Positions 50,240-60,800 of a stretch of 64,000 bases of DNA are shown piece by piece. The notes below the pieces were generated by a model. The model made no database searches and was not told the origin of the DNA. It saw only the letters and a program-made list of their open reading frames with translations. Numbering within the stretch: position 1 is the stretch's first letter; every line of letters begins with the position of its first letter. This stretch comes from Candidatus Cloacimonadales bacterium (GTDB lineage Bacteria; Cloacimonadota; Cloacimonadia; Cloacimonadales; JAFGVF01): positions 416,001-480,000 of the forward strand of contig OY759729.1 in NCBI GenBank assembly GCA_963662585.1, written 5' to 3'. The position numbers and the translations under genes were made by a program.

Positions 50240-51288
50240 TATCTTAAATATCCTTTCTTAAAAACTGAATGATAAAGAATCTGTGCTTTTCTGAATAGAT
50301 TTTTGGGTTTATTTTTTCTAGGAAGAGTGCCCTCTAAGACAAGTTTTTCAATCTTCTTAATTAGATTCAAACAAATTTTCCCATCTACATAGGGATTAAC
50401 TAGCTTTATATATTTATCTATTTTATCTTGTAAATAGAGAGGATTATCTTTTAAAAGATCTATTGCTGGTCTAAGTTCTTGCACACTTTTCAGGTTAATT
50501 CCTTTATCTTTAAGATCGATAGTGTCAATAGTTATTACTGGTTTATTTAAAATCATAAATTCATATATCACTGATGATGTATCAGATATCATAATATCAG
50601 CAATGTACAATAAGGGAGTTATATCGTTAATTTCCATAAGCCTAACTTTATCATTCCCTAAATTTTTAAATCCTTCTATAACACTTTTATCCATTAATTG
50701 GTGAAACTTTAAGAGCCATATTTCATCATCAGCCACTAAATTATCCATTGAGCTAAGTGTTTTTGATGCAGATTCCATTTTATGGCTGAAGGTTGGAGCA
50801 TATAAAATTACTTTTTTATCTTCAGGAATATTATATTTTTCCTTTAAGAGATTCGAATCATAATTGATAATGTAATCTACTTTAGGCCAACCTGTTTCAA
50901 TAATTTCAAAATAAGACTTATACTTAGCTTGAAGCTTCTTGAATTTTTCAGTAACAAAAGGGCCTGAAGTGGCATAGACATCAAAGAAGTGTCTTATCTT
51001 AAAATGAGCAGGTTTCTCTACCCCTAAACCATGAAATATCTGTACTTTAAGACCAGGGATTCGCCAATCAATGAAGTTACCAGGACATAAGACAACATCA
51101 GGTTTGAATTTCTTAGCATCTTCCAAAGAAGGAACTATCTTCTTCCTATCCCACTCTTCTATCCAATTTTTCTTAACATTATTTGATACATAAAAGCCAT
51201 ACTCTATCTTTTCCTGTTCCAGAGCTGAAACAATAGGTTTGAAAATAGAGATAGAGTACAATTTTGCTATATATAAGATATATTTCAT
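50239..51288 (-). CDS. CDP-glycerol glycerophosphotransferase-family protein
   Basis: QIFHG, TGWPKVD, ILYAPTF, KFH, ISDTSSVIYEF. Confidence 0.85.
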   Translation of the reverse strand: MKYILYIAKLYSISIFKPIVSALEQEKIEYGFYVSNNVKKNWIEEWDRKKIVPSLEDAKKFKPDVVLCPGNFIDWRIPGLKVQIFHGLGVEKPAHFKIRHFFDVYATSGPFVTEKFKKLQAKYKSYFEIIETGWPKVDYIINYDSNLLKEKYNIPEDKKVILYAPTFSHKMESASKTLSSMDNLVADDEIWLLKFHQLMDKSVIEGFKNLGNDKVRLMEINDITPLLYIADIMISDTSSVIYEFMILNKPVITIDTIDLKDKGINLKSVQELRPAIDLLKDNPLYLQDKIDKYIKLVNPYVDGKICLNLIKKIEKLVLEGTLPRKNKPKNLFRKAQILYHSVFKKGYLR

Positions 51289-52301
51289 CGTACTAGCTTA
51301 GCTACCTTTTCAATCTCAGCTACTGCTTGATTAACAGTTATGCCTAAGCTTCTATCATTTCTATCTTTACATTCCCAATTCCTTAGATATGTATGAATCT
51401 TTTTATGATTTGCCTGCCATTTTCTGGGGTTAGAATGTGGACCAAAGATAGCAACTGACGCAGTTTTTACAGCAATAGCAACATGATTTATTCCACCATC
51501 GTTACCAAAAAATAGTTTTGATCTATGTAGTAGAGCTCCAGCTTCGTTAAAGTTTGTCTTAATAGCAAGAACAGCTTTTTCTTGCATTTTTTCAATAATA
51601 TAATTAACTCTGTCTAACTCCCCAGGCCCCCACAACAAAACAACCTCTAGATTTAGTTCTCTAATCACTCTATCTAGGGTTTCTGCATATAAGTCCAGTG
51701 ACCATTGCTTAAAGATCACAGGAGAGCATGGTGAGACAACTATAAACTCTTTATTATTAAGACCAGTCTCTGCTAACCAGCTATCTATTTTACTTTGCGA
51801 CTCTGCTTTTATATGGTAAAAGGTATCTTGATTAGATTCAGTAATACCTAATTGTTTTAATACATCAAACTTTAGTAAAGCGTAATATCTAAGATTTTTC
51901 CTAGCTTCAGAGATGTTATAGAGCCAATTGTATCTCTTTAATTTCCAGCCGACTCTGTACTTTGCTCCACTAAACATAGTAATCTGAGCAGAACCTGTAC
52001 CTCTTAATTGATCAATAACCATATCGTACTTTTCTTTTCTAATCTCTTTGATAATCTTGATTCTTTCTTTTATTTTAGGTATTTCTTTCTTGAATTTTTG
52101 CATAATTATGAGATTATCAAGATAAGGATTATCTTCTAATATAGTTAAATATGGTTTCTGGATAAGAAAATCTATTTGAGCATGAGGGAATCTCTCTCTT
52201 AAACTGGGTAAATAAGCTGTATTTAATAATATATCACCGAATGGTTTATACTGGATTATAAGTATTTTCTTAATATTTTTGATTTCTTCATTATTTAACA
52301 T
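51285..52301 (-). CDS. Glycosyltransferase family 9 (heptosyltransferase-like)
   Basis: FGDILL, KQW, WGPGE, GNDGGINHVA...IFGP. Confidence 0.9.
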   Translation of the reverse strand: MLNNEEIKNIKKILIIQYKPFGDILLNTAYLPSLRERFPHAQIDFLIQKPYLTILEDNPYLDNLIIMQKFKKEIPKIKERIKIIKEIRKEKYDMVIDQLRGTGSAQITMFSGAKYRVGWKLKRYNWLYNISEARKNLRYYALLKFDVLKQLGITESNQDTFYHIKAESQSKIDSWLAETGLNNKEFIVVSPCSPVIFKQWSLDLYAETLDRVIRELNLEVVLLWGPGELDRVNYIIEKMQEKAVLAIKTNFNEAGALLHRSKLFFGNDGGINHVAIAVKTASVAIFGPHSNPRKWQANHKKIHTYLRNWECKDRNDRSLGITVNQAVAEIEKVAKLVR

Positions 52302-53289
52302 TATTCTTGTCCTTTAAAATATTTAAAAAGTGTTTAACTCTCAGATCAAAAGATTGATTTTGATTGAAATCACCTGCTTGGAAAGTAAACTTATTATTAG
52401 TATAAACAAATCTACCTGCTAAGCCATCTAGCAACATTAAGTGATCAGTTGACTGTCCAAATATAGATTGCAGTTCATTCACATAAAACTTGCCCTCTGA
52501 TGTTTCAAAGATATCAACATCCATAGAGAGGAAATTTCCTTTATCACAAATCTCTTTTGTTAGATAGAGAAGTTCCTCAGAAGGTCTATCCCAGCCCTTG
52601 AGCTTTGAACCACTAGCGAAATCACCTTTTAATAACTTCTTGTGACCAAAATAGGAATCTCCAATTCTTACCATTCTCCATTCCCACTGAACATCTAAAA
52701 ACTCTTGGAGAATAATAAAATGCTTCTGACCACTTCCCTTTGCTTCGAATTTAATAAATTTCCCTGTAGTTTCAGGAGTATATCCCCTTGCTAACTTGGA
52801 ATTATGAGTGCCAAAAACTTTTTTGCCTATGGAAGAAGCAGAGACTTTATTCTTAATAATTTTTACTCCTTTAGCTGTTGAACCAATATTGGTTTTGAAA
52901 ACTAAAGGATATTTTGCCTTGTTAATAAATTCAAAATATTCTTCTTTATCATAAAAAACATAAGTTTTAGCATGTTGAATGTTATTTATTGAGAGCCAAT
53001 AATCCATCATTCTTTTATTTTCATAAATAAACAATTCATCATAACTAGGATATAGGGGTAATTTTAGATATTTATCTATTATATAGAGTCTCTCATCGAA
53101 CATAGTTTTTCTTTCTTGAAATTTAGAAGGAGGACGACACATAAAGCCATCACATTTAGATTTTTTAATATAATCTAACCAATTACAGCTTATGATATCA
53201 ATTACTTCATAATCAATCTTTAAAGATTCGCATGCTCGAATATAGTATTTATGTTGATCACTAAAAGCTTTTAGAATACCTAATTTCAT
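52291..53289 (-). CDS. ATP-grasp fold protein (possible glycan amidoligase)
   Basis: YPLVFK..IGSTAKGVKII, ILQEF, DVDIFE...FYVNELQ. Confidence 0.75.
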   Translation of the reverse strand: MKLGILKAFSDQHKYYIRACESLKIDYEVIDIISCNWLDYIKKSKCDGFMCRPPSKFQERKTMFDERLYIIDKYLKLPLYPSYDELFIYENKRMMDYWLSINNIQHAKTYVFYDKEEYFEFINKAKYPLVFKTNIGSTAKGVKIIKNKVSASSIGKKVFGTHNSKLARGYTPETTGKFIKFEAKGSGQKHFIILQEFLDVQWEWRMVRIGDSYFGHKKLLKGDFASGSKLKGWDRPSEELLYLTKEICDKGNFLSMDVDIFETSEGKFYVNELQSIFGQSTDHLMLLDGLAGRFVYTNNKFTFQAGDFNQNQSFDLRVKHFLNILKDKNNVK

Positions 53290-54335
53290 TTTAATCTCTG
53301 TATATATTTATCAATTACTTCTTTTGCTCTTAAATGCGCCTTTCCGTCTAATGTTCCAAAGATTTTCTCATTGTTGATTTTTCTTTGTTTTCTATGCTTA
53401 GCACCCTTGTCTTGAATTGCTTCCTCTATTACAGGAAGAAGCTCTTCAAAGCTATCTATACGATAAGTCATACTTTCCAACATATCGGTAATCTCTTGGG
53501 AAATTCTTTTCCCTTCTTCTACTCTAAATGTAATCATAGCTTTATCAAGGGCACAGAACTCAGCAATGATAGAACTAATATCACCAATTAAGATATCAGC
53601 TATCATAAGATAGGGTAATACTTCTTTATCTTCAATAAATGTTATACCAGATGTCTCTTTTATTCTAGATTTTACATCAGAAGTTGTCCAATCATGAACA
53701 GTTACTAAGATGTTATATTTATCTTTAAGTTCATCTAATCTATTATACCACAGATTCACAGCTGAGTAAGTTGTTTTATTCCAGGTAGCAGTAAATATAA
53801 GTGTAGCTTTTCTTTTATCTATCTTAAGCTCAGATTTTAGTTTTTCTAGCTCAGAATCTTTTATTGTTCCATCAAAAGCATCATCAATCTTAGGATAGCC
53901 AACACCTAGGCCATTATTAATACCTAATTTCTTAGCTATCTGATTTTCATACTCAGAAGTAAATAGATAGTTGTCAAACTCATTATAATACTTAGAATTA
54001 ATAAAATTCTTGAAATGATAAGGTCCGTGTCTCAATCCTATTTTAGCTATACTTTTAAGAGGGAACTTTCTTGCTGAGTGGCGACACATAACGACAATAT
54101 CAGGATAAGTAGGATATACTATTGATTTTACTCCATATTCACTAAGGGCTTTTTTAATCTTTCTATTTTTAGCCACAATTCGCATCTCAGGAAAATGTTC
54201 AATGACTTTTTTTATGCAGATATAATCAACAATATTCCCGCAATAAAAATCAACATTTTTCTTTTTCTTAAACAGCTTAGAAGAATACCAAGCTAGCAAA
54301 TAGGGGTAATAAATAATATATTTAGAGATATTCAT
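53286..54335 (-). CDS. CDP-glycerol glycerophosphotransferase-family protein
   Basis: RHG, VGYPKID, LIFTATW, ADILIGDISSIIAEF. Confidence 0.8.
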   Translation of the reverse strand: MNISKYIIYYPYLLAWYSSKLFKKKKNVDFYCGNIVDYICIKKVIEHFPEMRIVAKNRKIKKALSEYGVKSIVYPTYPDIVVMCRHSARKFPLKSIAKIGLRHGPYHFKNFINSKYYNEFDNYLFTSEYENQIAKKLGINNGLGVGYPKIDDAFDGTIKDSELEKLKSELKIDKRKATLIFTATWNKTTYSAVNLWYNRLDELKDKYNILVTVHDWTTSDVKSRIKETSGITFIEDKEVLPYLMIADILIGDISSIIAEFCALDKAMITFRVEEGKRISQEITDMLESMTYRIDSFEELLPVIEEAIQDKGAKHRKQRKINNEKIFGTLDGKAHLRAKEVIDKYIQRLK

Positions 54336-54728
54336 CTATTTATTTCCTCTAATCCCATCTTTGATTTCAGTAGAAGAGATATTAGGTGTTCTTTCTAAGT
54401 AAACTACCTGGCAATAATCTTTAACGAAATCAAATTTACCCTTCCAGTCATCACCCATAACCAAAATATCTATTTTATGTTTAATGATATCATCTATCTT
54501 TTGCTCCCAATTATTTTCGGGAATCACCTCATCAACATACTTGATAGATTTAACTATTTCAGCTCTTTCATTATAGGGATAAGTGCTTTTTTTATTTTTT
54601 AGAACATTAAACTCATCTGTTGAGACTGCCACGATTAAGTAGTCTCCTAAAGCTTTTGCTCTTTCAAGAATTCTTAAATGACCATAATGAAAGAGATCAT
54701 AAGTTCCGTAAGTTAGTACTTTGACCAT
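54336..54728 (-). CDS. tagD: Glycerol-3-phosphate cytidylyltransferase
   Basis: TYGTYDLFHYGH, VSTDEFN, MGDDW.GKFD, RTPNISST. Confidence 0.93.
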   Translation of the reverse strand: MVKVLTYGTYDLFHYGHLRILERAKALGDYLIVAVSTDEFNVLKNKKSTYPYNERAEIVKSIKYVDEVIPENNWEQKIDDIIKHKIDILVMGDDWKGKFDFVKDYCQVVYLERTPNISSTEIKDGIRGNK

Positions 54729-54729
54729 T

Positions 54730-55113
54730 TTATTTGTCCTTATATTCTACATATTCCTTTTCTTCAACAAGGGAGGAGCCATATTTCAAGTTTATTTTTT
54801 TCTTGATTTCAGCTCTTACATCATTTTCGAAATATACAGATCTAGCAATTTCTATAAATTCACTATCAAACTCATTCTTTTGCTCTTTAATTCTGATATT
54901 ATCTTCTATATGCCAAAGATTAACATTCACAGCTCTTAACTCTTTAAATTCCTCAGAGTCTTCATTAATTCCGATTTCTTCTATATTTTTGATTAAAGTA
55001 TCATACTCTTTCTGAACATTTTTCTTCTTATTTAAGTCTTTGAATTTTTCTAGTTTTATGGATAATATAGTAACTTTATCAACAACTTCACCAATTGAAA
55101 CTTCTACCAACAT
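54730..55113 (-). CDS. DUF6165-like protein
   Basis: VSIGEVVDKVTIL.IK, LWHIEDNIR, ARSVY..ND.R..IKKKIN...S.LVEEK.Y. Confidence 0.75.
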   Translation of the reverse strand: MLVEVSIGEVVDKVTILSIKLEKFKDLNKKKNVQKEYDTLIKNIEEIGINEDSEEFKELRAVNVNLWHIEDNIRIKEQKNEFDSEFIEIARSVYFENDVRAEIKKKINLKYGSSLVEEKEYVEYKDK

Positions 55114-55127
55114 ATTAATTCTCCTAT

Positions 55128-57014
55128 CTATTTAAATTGCAAATCATATAGTTCTTTATATCTTTTGCAGCTAGTTAATAACTCTTCATGTTTCCCAATA
55201 CCAACTATCTTACCTGATTCCATTACGATTATTTTATCACAACCAATGATTGTTGAAAGTCTATGGGCAATCATAATCACAGTTCTATTCTGAGTTGCTT
55301 TTTCAATAGCAATTTGAACATTATTTTCTGAATCAGTATCCAAAGCACTTGTTGCTTCATCAAATATAAGTATGGGTGGATTACCAATAACTGCTCGAGC
55401 AATACAAATTCTTTGTTTTTGACCACCAGAGAGATTAGAACCTTTAGAATCTAACATCTGATCATATCCATTATCTAGTTTTTCAATAAACTCACGAGCA
55501 TAAGCTATTTCAGCAGATGCAATAATATCATCTCTGCTTACTTCTTCTCTAGCGCCATAACTAATATTATTAGCAATAGTATCGCTAAAGAGTATTGAGT
55601 CTTGAGTTACAAGTCCAAATAGTGCCCTAAGATCAGCAGTCTTTATTTTACTTATGGGAATTCCATCCATGGTTATTAAGCCACTGTTATAGTCATAAAG
55701 ACGATTTATTAGATTAATTATGGTTGATTTCCCTGAGCCAGAAGAACCAACTATTCCCACACTCTCGCCTCTTTTTATTTCAAAAGAAACTCCATTTATT
55801 ACAGGGCTATTCTTTTGATAACCAAAAACTACATTCTTCAAAGCGATAGAATCAGTGAATTCTTTCTTATCCACCGGATTAGGATCTTCTTTAATCTCCT
55901 GCTCAAGATGTATGACTTCAGCAACTCTATCGAGTGAAACATTTGCTTTTTTAAAATCTGTATAAGCTTTAGTAAGAACCTTTAGCGGGTGTAACATAGA
56001 AAAAACAGCAGCAAGAAAGGCTGTAAAACTACCCAGTGAAAAATCTGATTGATCATTAACAATCATTCTAGCACCTAATAATATAACTATAATTCCCGTT
56101 ACCATGGAGGTCATCTCAGCAAGGGGAACATTTAAAGCAGCATAAATCTGACTTTTAATCTTTAAATTCATATATCTATTATTAATTGAGCTCATTCTGT
56201 CTTGCTCATATTTCTCTTTGGAAAAAGCTTTAACAATTTTCATACTACTTAACACTTCTTCTATATTGGAAAAGAGTGTAGATGCTTGACCTTGAATTCT
56301 CTTAGCATATTTCTTAATCTTTTTACCTAGGAAGCTTACAGCAAAAGAGAAAATAGGGACAATTATCAAACTCATCAAAAAAAGCTGAGTATTAATAAAC
56401 ATAGCGATAAAAACAAAGATAAATACTGTCAAAAGATCTCTAAAAATATTAAAAATAGAGGTAATATAAAGTTCACTTATCATATTCACATCATTAACCA
56501 TTCTAACAATAGAATCGCCAACCCTATTCTTATTGAAAAAGGCTACTGATTGCTTTAAATAGCTATCAAAGATTTCATTTCTTACATCCCTAATAACCTT
56601 AGATTTCAAAGCAGTAAAAGAATACCTATTTATCATATAGAAGAGGTTCTTAAATAAAAGAGCAACAAAGATAACTATTAGAACTAGATATAGTAATTGA
56701 ATAGGAGAAGAATCCTCAAACACTCCTCGATAATTATCAAGCAGAATATCTAAGCTACTTTTATGAAAGAGACTAAAATCTTTAGAAGCAAAAAAATCAG
56801 TAGTTGTTTTGGTCAAAGCTCCCATTATTTCACTACTATTAGTATAAATCACTTCTCTATCTAAATTTGTAAAGACATAATCAAAAAGAGGTACTAACAG
56901 AGTTATTGTTGCTCCGCTAAACATAGCAAAGAAAATCATGGTTATTATTCCAATCACTAAATTTCTTTTATAATTAAATATCTTAGTCGTTATAATTTTT
57001 ACTTTTTTACTCAT
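55128..57014 (-). CDS. msbA: Lipid A/LPS ABC exporter
   Basis: Six-TM ABC membrane domain plus NBD (GSSGSGKST, LSGGQKQR, DEATSALD, AHRLST); heads the LPS operon. Confidence 0.8.
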   Translation of the reverse strand: MSKKVKIITTKIFNYKRNLVIGIITMIFFAMFSGATITLLVPLFDYVFTNLDREVIYTNSSEIMGALTKTTTDFFASKDFSLFHKSSLDILLDNYRGVFEDSSPIQLLYLVLIVIFVALLFKNLFYMINRYSFTALKSKVIRDVRNEIFDSYLKQSVAFFNKNRVGDSIVRMVNDVNMISELYITSIFNIFRDLLTVFIFVFIAMFINTQLFLMSLIIVPIFSFAVSFLGKKIKKYAKRIQGQASTLFSNIEEVLSSMKIVKAFSKEKYEQDRMSSINNRYMNLKIKSQIYAALNVPLAEMTSMVTGIIVILLGARMIVNDQSDFSLGSFTAFLAAVFSMLHPLKVLTKAYTDFKKANVSLDRVAEVIHLEQEIKEDPNPVDKKEFTDSIALKNVVFGYQKNSPVINGVSFEIKRGESVGIVGSSGSGKSTIINLINRLYDYNSGLITMDGIPISKIKTADLRALFGLVTQDSILFSDTIANNISYGAREEVSRDDIIASAEIAYAREFIEKLDNGYDQMLDSKGSNLSGGQKQRICIARAVIGNPPILIFDEATSALDTDSENNVQIAIEKATQNRTVIMIAHRLSTIIGCDKIIVMESGKIVGIGKHEELLTSCKRYKELYDLQFK

Positions 57015-57148
57015 ATTAACCTTTTACATTTTTATTTGAATCATTTTTATTGTTTAACTTTTTTTGTCAATATGTTTGATTATTAGTGATACTGGGATTA
57101 AGAAAAGAATACTTCATCTCTCGATTTCTACTTCACTCTTTAACCTTC

Positions 57149-57223
57149 TCCTTTGCTCCATTACTGTCATCACAACAATAAATTGAATAATCATAGAGTA
57201 AAGTGAGATGGAGCAAGGAAGGA
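57149..57223. repeat. Dispersed long-hairpin element, copy C
   Basis: TCCTTTGCTCCATTACT...AGTGAGATGGAGCAAGGAAGGA. Confidence 0.55.
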
Positions 57224-57365
57224 GGAAATAAGATCTACCACACATCTGTTGGGTTTCTTTACTGGGAGTGTGGGACTTCGGCCTGTATCTTTGCTTCTTA
57301 GGCAGCTGAAATACAGCCTGATGCAAGCAGAGATGCTTCTATTGTCCATAAGAAAAAATGGCAAT

Positions 57366-57546
57366 CTTTCAAGTAAAGTGGGTCTTAGAAAAAAAAGTAA
57401 TATAAGTATCTTTGAAGTATGCTAAGTTCACAAGAGATACAGGACTGTAAAAATACATCATTCTACCAGCTGCTGAGGCGGCGAAGAAGATTTTGAAGTT
57501 TCTTGATTTACTATTAGATTTAGTTCCCACTCCGCTTGAGAGAGAG
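57366..57546 (-). repeat. Short (single-REP) copy of the 41468-41893 element, inverted
   Basis: Reverse complement reads CTCTCTCAAG..GGAACTAAATCTAATAGTAAATCAAGAAACTTCAAAATCTTCTT-CGCCGCCTCAGCAGC-TGGTAGAATG...TACTTGAAAG, matching both flanks of the 41.5-kb array. Confidence 0.92.
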
Positions 57547-57691
57547 CCAAAAAGAATCCCGATATCTAAGATTTCACCCTCTTTTAGCATATATTCTGCA
57601 CTAAAGCAGGGAGTTAAAGAGGCTGTTCGCTACTACATTACGAAAATAAGCCCCGCATTTAGCGAGGCTTATATATTTTTATTTATGGAAG

Positions 57692-57785
57692 TGCCTGCAA
57701 GGATGCAAGCGTTCCCAGTGAAGATGCCTGCAAGGATACAAGCGTTCCCAGTGAAGATGCCTGCAAGATGAAGGCGCTCCCAGTG
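57692..57785. repeat. 33-bp tandem repeat x3 (REP-like)
   Basis: TGCCTGCAAGGATRCAAGCGTTCCCAGTGAAGA-type units at 57692, 57725 and 57758. Confidence 0.85.
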
Positions 57786-57800
57786 GGTGCTTCCAGTTTT

Positions 57801-60800
57801 TTATTTCATCAGGATCATTTTTCTAGATGAAGTATATTGGCCTGATTTCATTTTATAGAAGTAGACGCCCGAAGAAACGCTCTTACCACTTTCGTCAGTA
57901 CCATTCCAAGCAATTGTATGATTTCCTTTTTCTTGGTAACCATTAACAAGAGATTTAACTTTTTGACCTTTTAGATTGAAGATATCAAGAGTAACATTTC
58001 CTGCTTTTTGCATTGAATAAGTAATTGAAGTTTCAGGATTGAATGGGTTAGGATAGTTCTGAGCTAAACCGTTTAAAACAGGACTTGCTTGAGAATCATC
58101 GTTATCAACACCATCTTCAGTAGAATCAACTCTGAAATTATCCACTAAGAATACGAAGGCATTAGCACTTACACATTGGATAGCGAATCTAACAGTATTT
58201 CCGACTAATTGACTAACATTGAAGTAGTAAGGAGTCCATTCAGTTGGCGCTTCTAGGTAATCAACACCTTGGTGTAAAGAGTATTGGAAATCAGAGACTT
58301 CACTTCCACCAAGAGACATTTTGACTCTAAATCTTTCTAAACCATATTCGTCAGTATGACTTTTCGCATAGAATGAGACAACTGTGGTAGTACCAACTGT
58401 TATTGCTGGAGTAATAATCCAGTCATCATTAACCCCTTCAGAAGAAGCGAAAGATGCTAAGAATTTATCACCTTCATAAGGGTTCATATCTGTAATAGGT
58501 GGAGTTGTAGCTGATGGATTAAATACTATGTATGACATAGCTTCACCAGCATTTTCAAACTCAACATTACTGATACCATAAGTAGAACCACCGTCAACAT
58601 CATGTTGAATCCAATTTCCGAGGTTTAGAGCGAAATCAGGATGTGATTCAAAATCATCTCCCCATAATGCTTCCCCATCATTAAAGTAAGTAATGGAAAC
58701 AGTGTTTGAAGGAAGAGATTGTCCATTTGGTTCTTCATAAACACCAACTACATAATAACTATATTCTTGACCTACTACAACATCAGCATCGTTATAGGAA
58801 TTAGTACCAATTTCAATAGCTTCAGGATTAATTTGTTCCCCATCTCTATAAACACTATAGCTTACAAGATATCTTTCATACTCAGGTTCTTCCCAAGTTA
58901 GTTCAACAAATCCTGTACTATTAGTAGCAACTAAGTTGAATGGAGCATTATAGTCATAATTATAATTCGCATCAACAAAGAGATTGTAAAGTCCTGTATC
59001 ATCTCTAGTTAATCTATCATTCTCTCCGTTTAAGTTCTTTCTAGTATTAGCAGTAACACCTGCAGGATAAACAGAAGTTTCAGCCACTCTTAAGTAGTAA
59101 TCACCACTTATTGGTAAAACATGTTCAATATTTGATCCATTAGCTATAGACTCACTTCCTATAATCTCGGTAGGATTGGTAACTGGGCCATAAAGCCAAG
59201 CTCTAACATTAATATTTGAACCTGTAGCAGTTGTTGTTTGAACTAATAAAGTATCACCAATACCCATGGCAGGGATTTTATACCAGTCAATATCGCCAAC
59301 AGGCATAATTGCATAGGTATCTCCGTTTACAGGTAGTGTCAAGCTAGTTGCATCTTCAGCTTGATCATTACCATCATCAGCATAAGCATAAGCACTTAAA
59401 GCAATAATATGTGTTTGTCTGGTAACATTATCAATAACTTCTAAGTTAGCAGTTTTAGTACCTTCTGAGTTTGGATTAAAACTGACTCCAATAGTTGCAG
59501 TATCCATAAAAGGAAGAACTACTGGGTAAGTATTATTATCTGTAGTTATAGAGAACTGATCTGCATCTTCACCTGTAATTACTGGAGCATTAGCAACAGT
59601 AACATCAGATAAACCAACTGATCTCATAGTAATTGTTTTTTCTGATGAAAGAGCATCGACAGCTGTCATATCAAAAATAGTTGAGACAGGGGATACTATC
59701 ATATCAGCACCTTCAGGAACTTCACCAAACTGTAATTTCACATTTGGATATGAGTTACGCATATAATTAGCAGTAAGAGGAGCTGTAGGATCTGGGATTA
59801 CAGAATCACTATAATATAAGATACTTCTTGTTTCAGTTGTTGCAGTACAATAGAATTCATCATTTGATGCATGATAATCAGGATTAGAATGGAATACAGC
59901 AACTACGAGGTTTTGGGTATTGTCATAAACAAATGGCATATCTAACTGAGTTTCAACCCAACCATCTTCAGCAGGAACAGTAATTGTACCTGTGAAAACT
60001 TCTGTTAATTCAGCAATGTCAATCCAATCAGAACTTGTAGCAAAACTTGTTTCATTAGTATGACCTAAGAAAATTCTCATTTCATCAGGACCCCAGGCAG
60101 AATTGCCATTGAAATGCCAACTAATATCTTCAATTCTTTGACCTGTAATTCCAATCTCATTAGCAAGATAAATGCTTTGTGAATAAGAGTGTCTATAATA
60201 TGGTTCAAATGGTAAGCCCTGATTAGTTAGGACACCATCACCAATTACAGCGACACCTTCAGGAAGAGCAGGAAGAACAAAAGCAGTTGCGTTAATTGTT
60301 AAACTAGGCATGTTATCGGCATTAGTTTCAACTAGGAAAGAACCTGTATATTCACCTTCAACTGCTGGATTAAAGGTAACAATAATGTCAGTATTATTAC
60401 CTGTAGTAACTGTTACTTGTGGATTTTCAAAGGTAAAAATACCATCTTCAGATGAGAGATCTACTATTAAGTCTTCAGCTCCCATATTTGCTACATTGAA
60501 AGTTTCTACTCCAGTTCTATTTAAATATATATTACCGAAAGCTAGTTCAGTAGGAGTAATATCAGCATCAGCTCCAGAAGGGATATTTTCAATTGTTACA
60601 TTATCAATATAGATAGTTTTATAGGTTGTGTTATTACCAATATAGTCAAAACATAACATATTATCACCTTCAGGAATCTCATTGAAATTAACATAGAATA
60701 TCTGGTATTCAACAGTTAATGGCATAGTAATGATTTCATTATAGGCAGAAGCATCATAATTTGAAGAAGATGAACCAACTCCTAATACGACATCAGCAGC

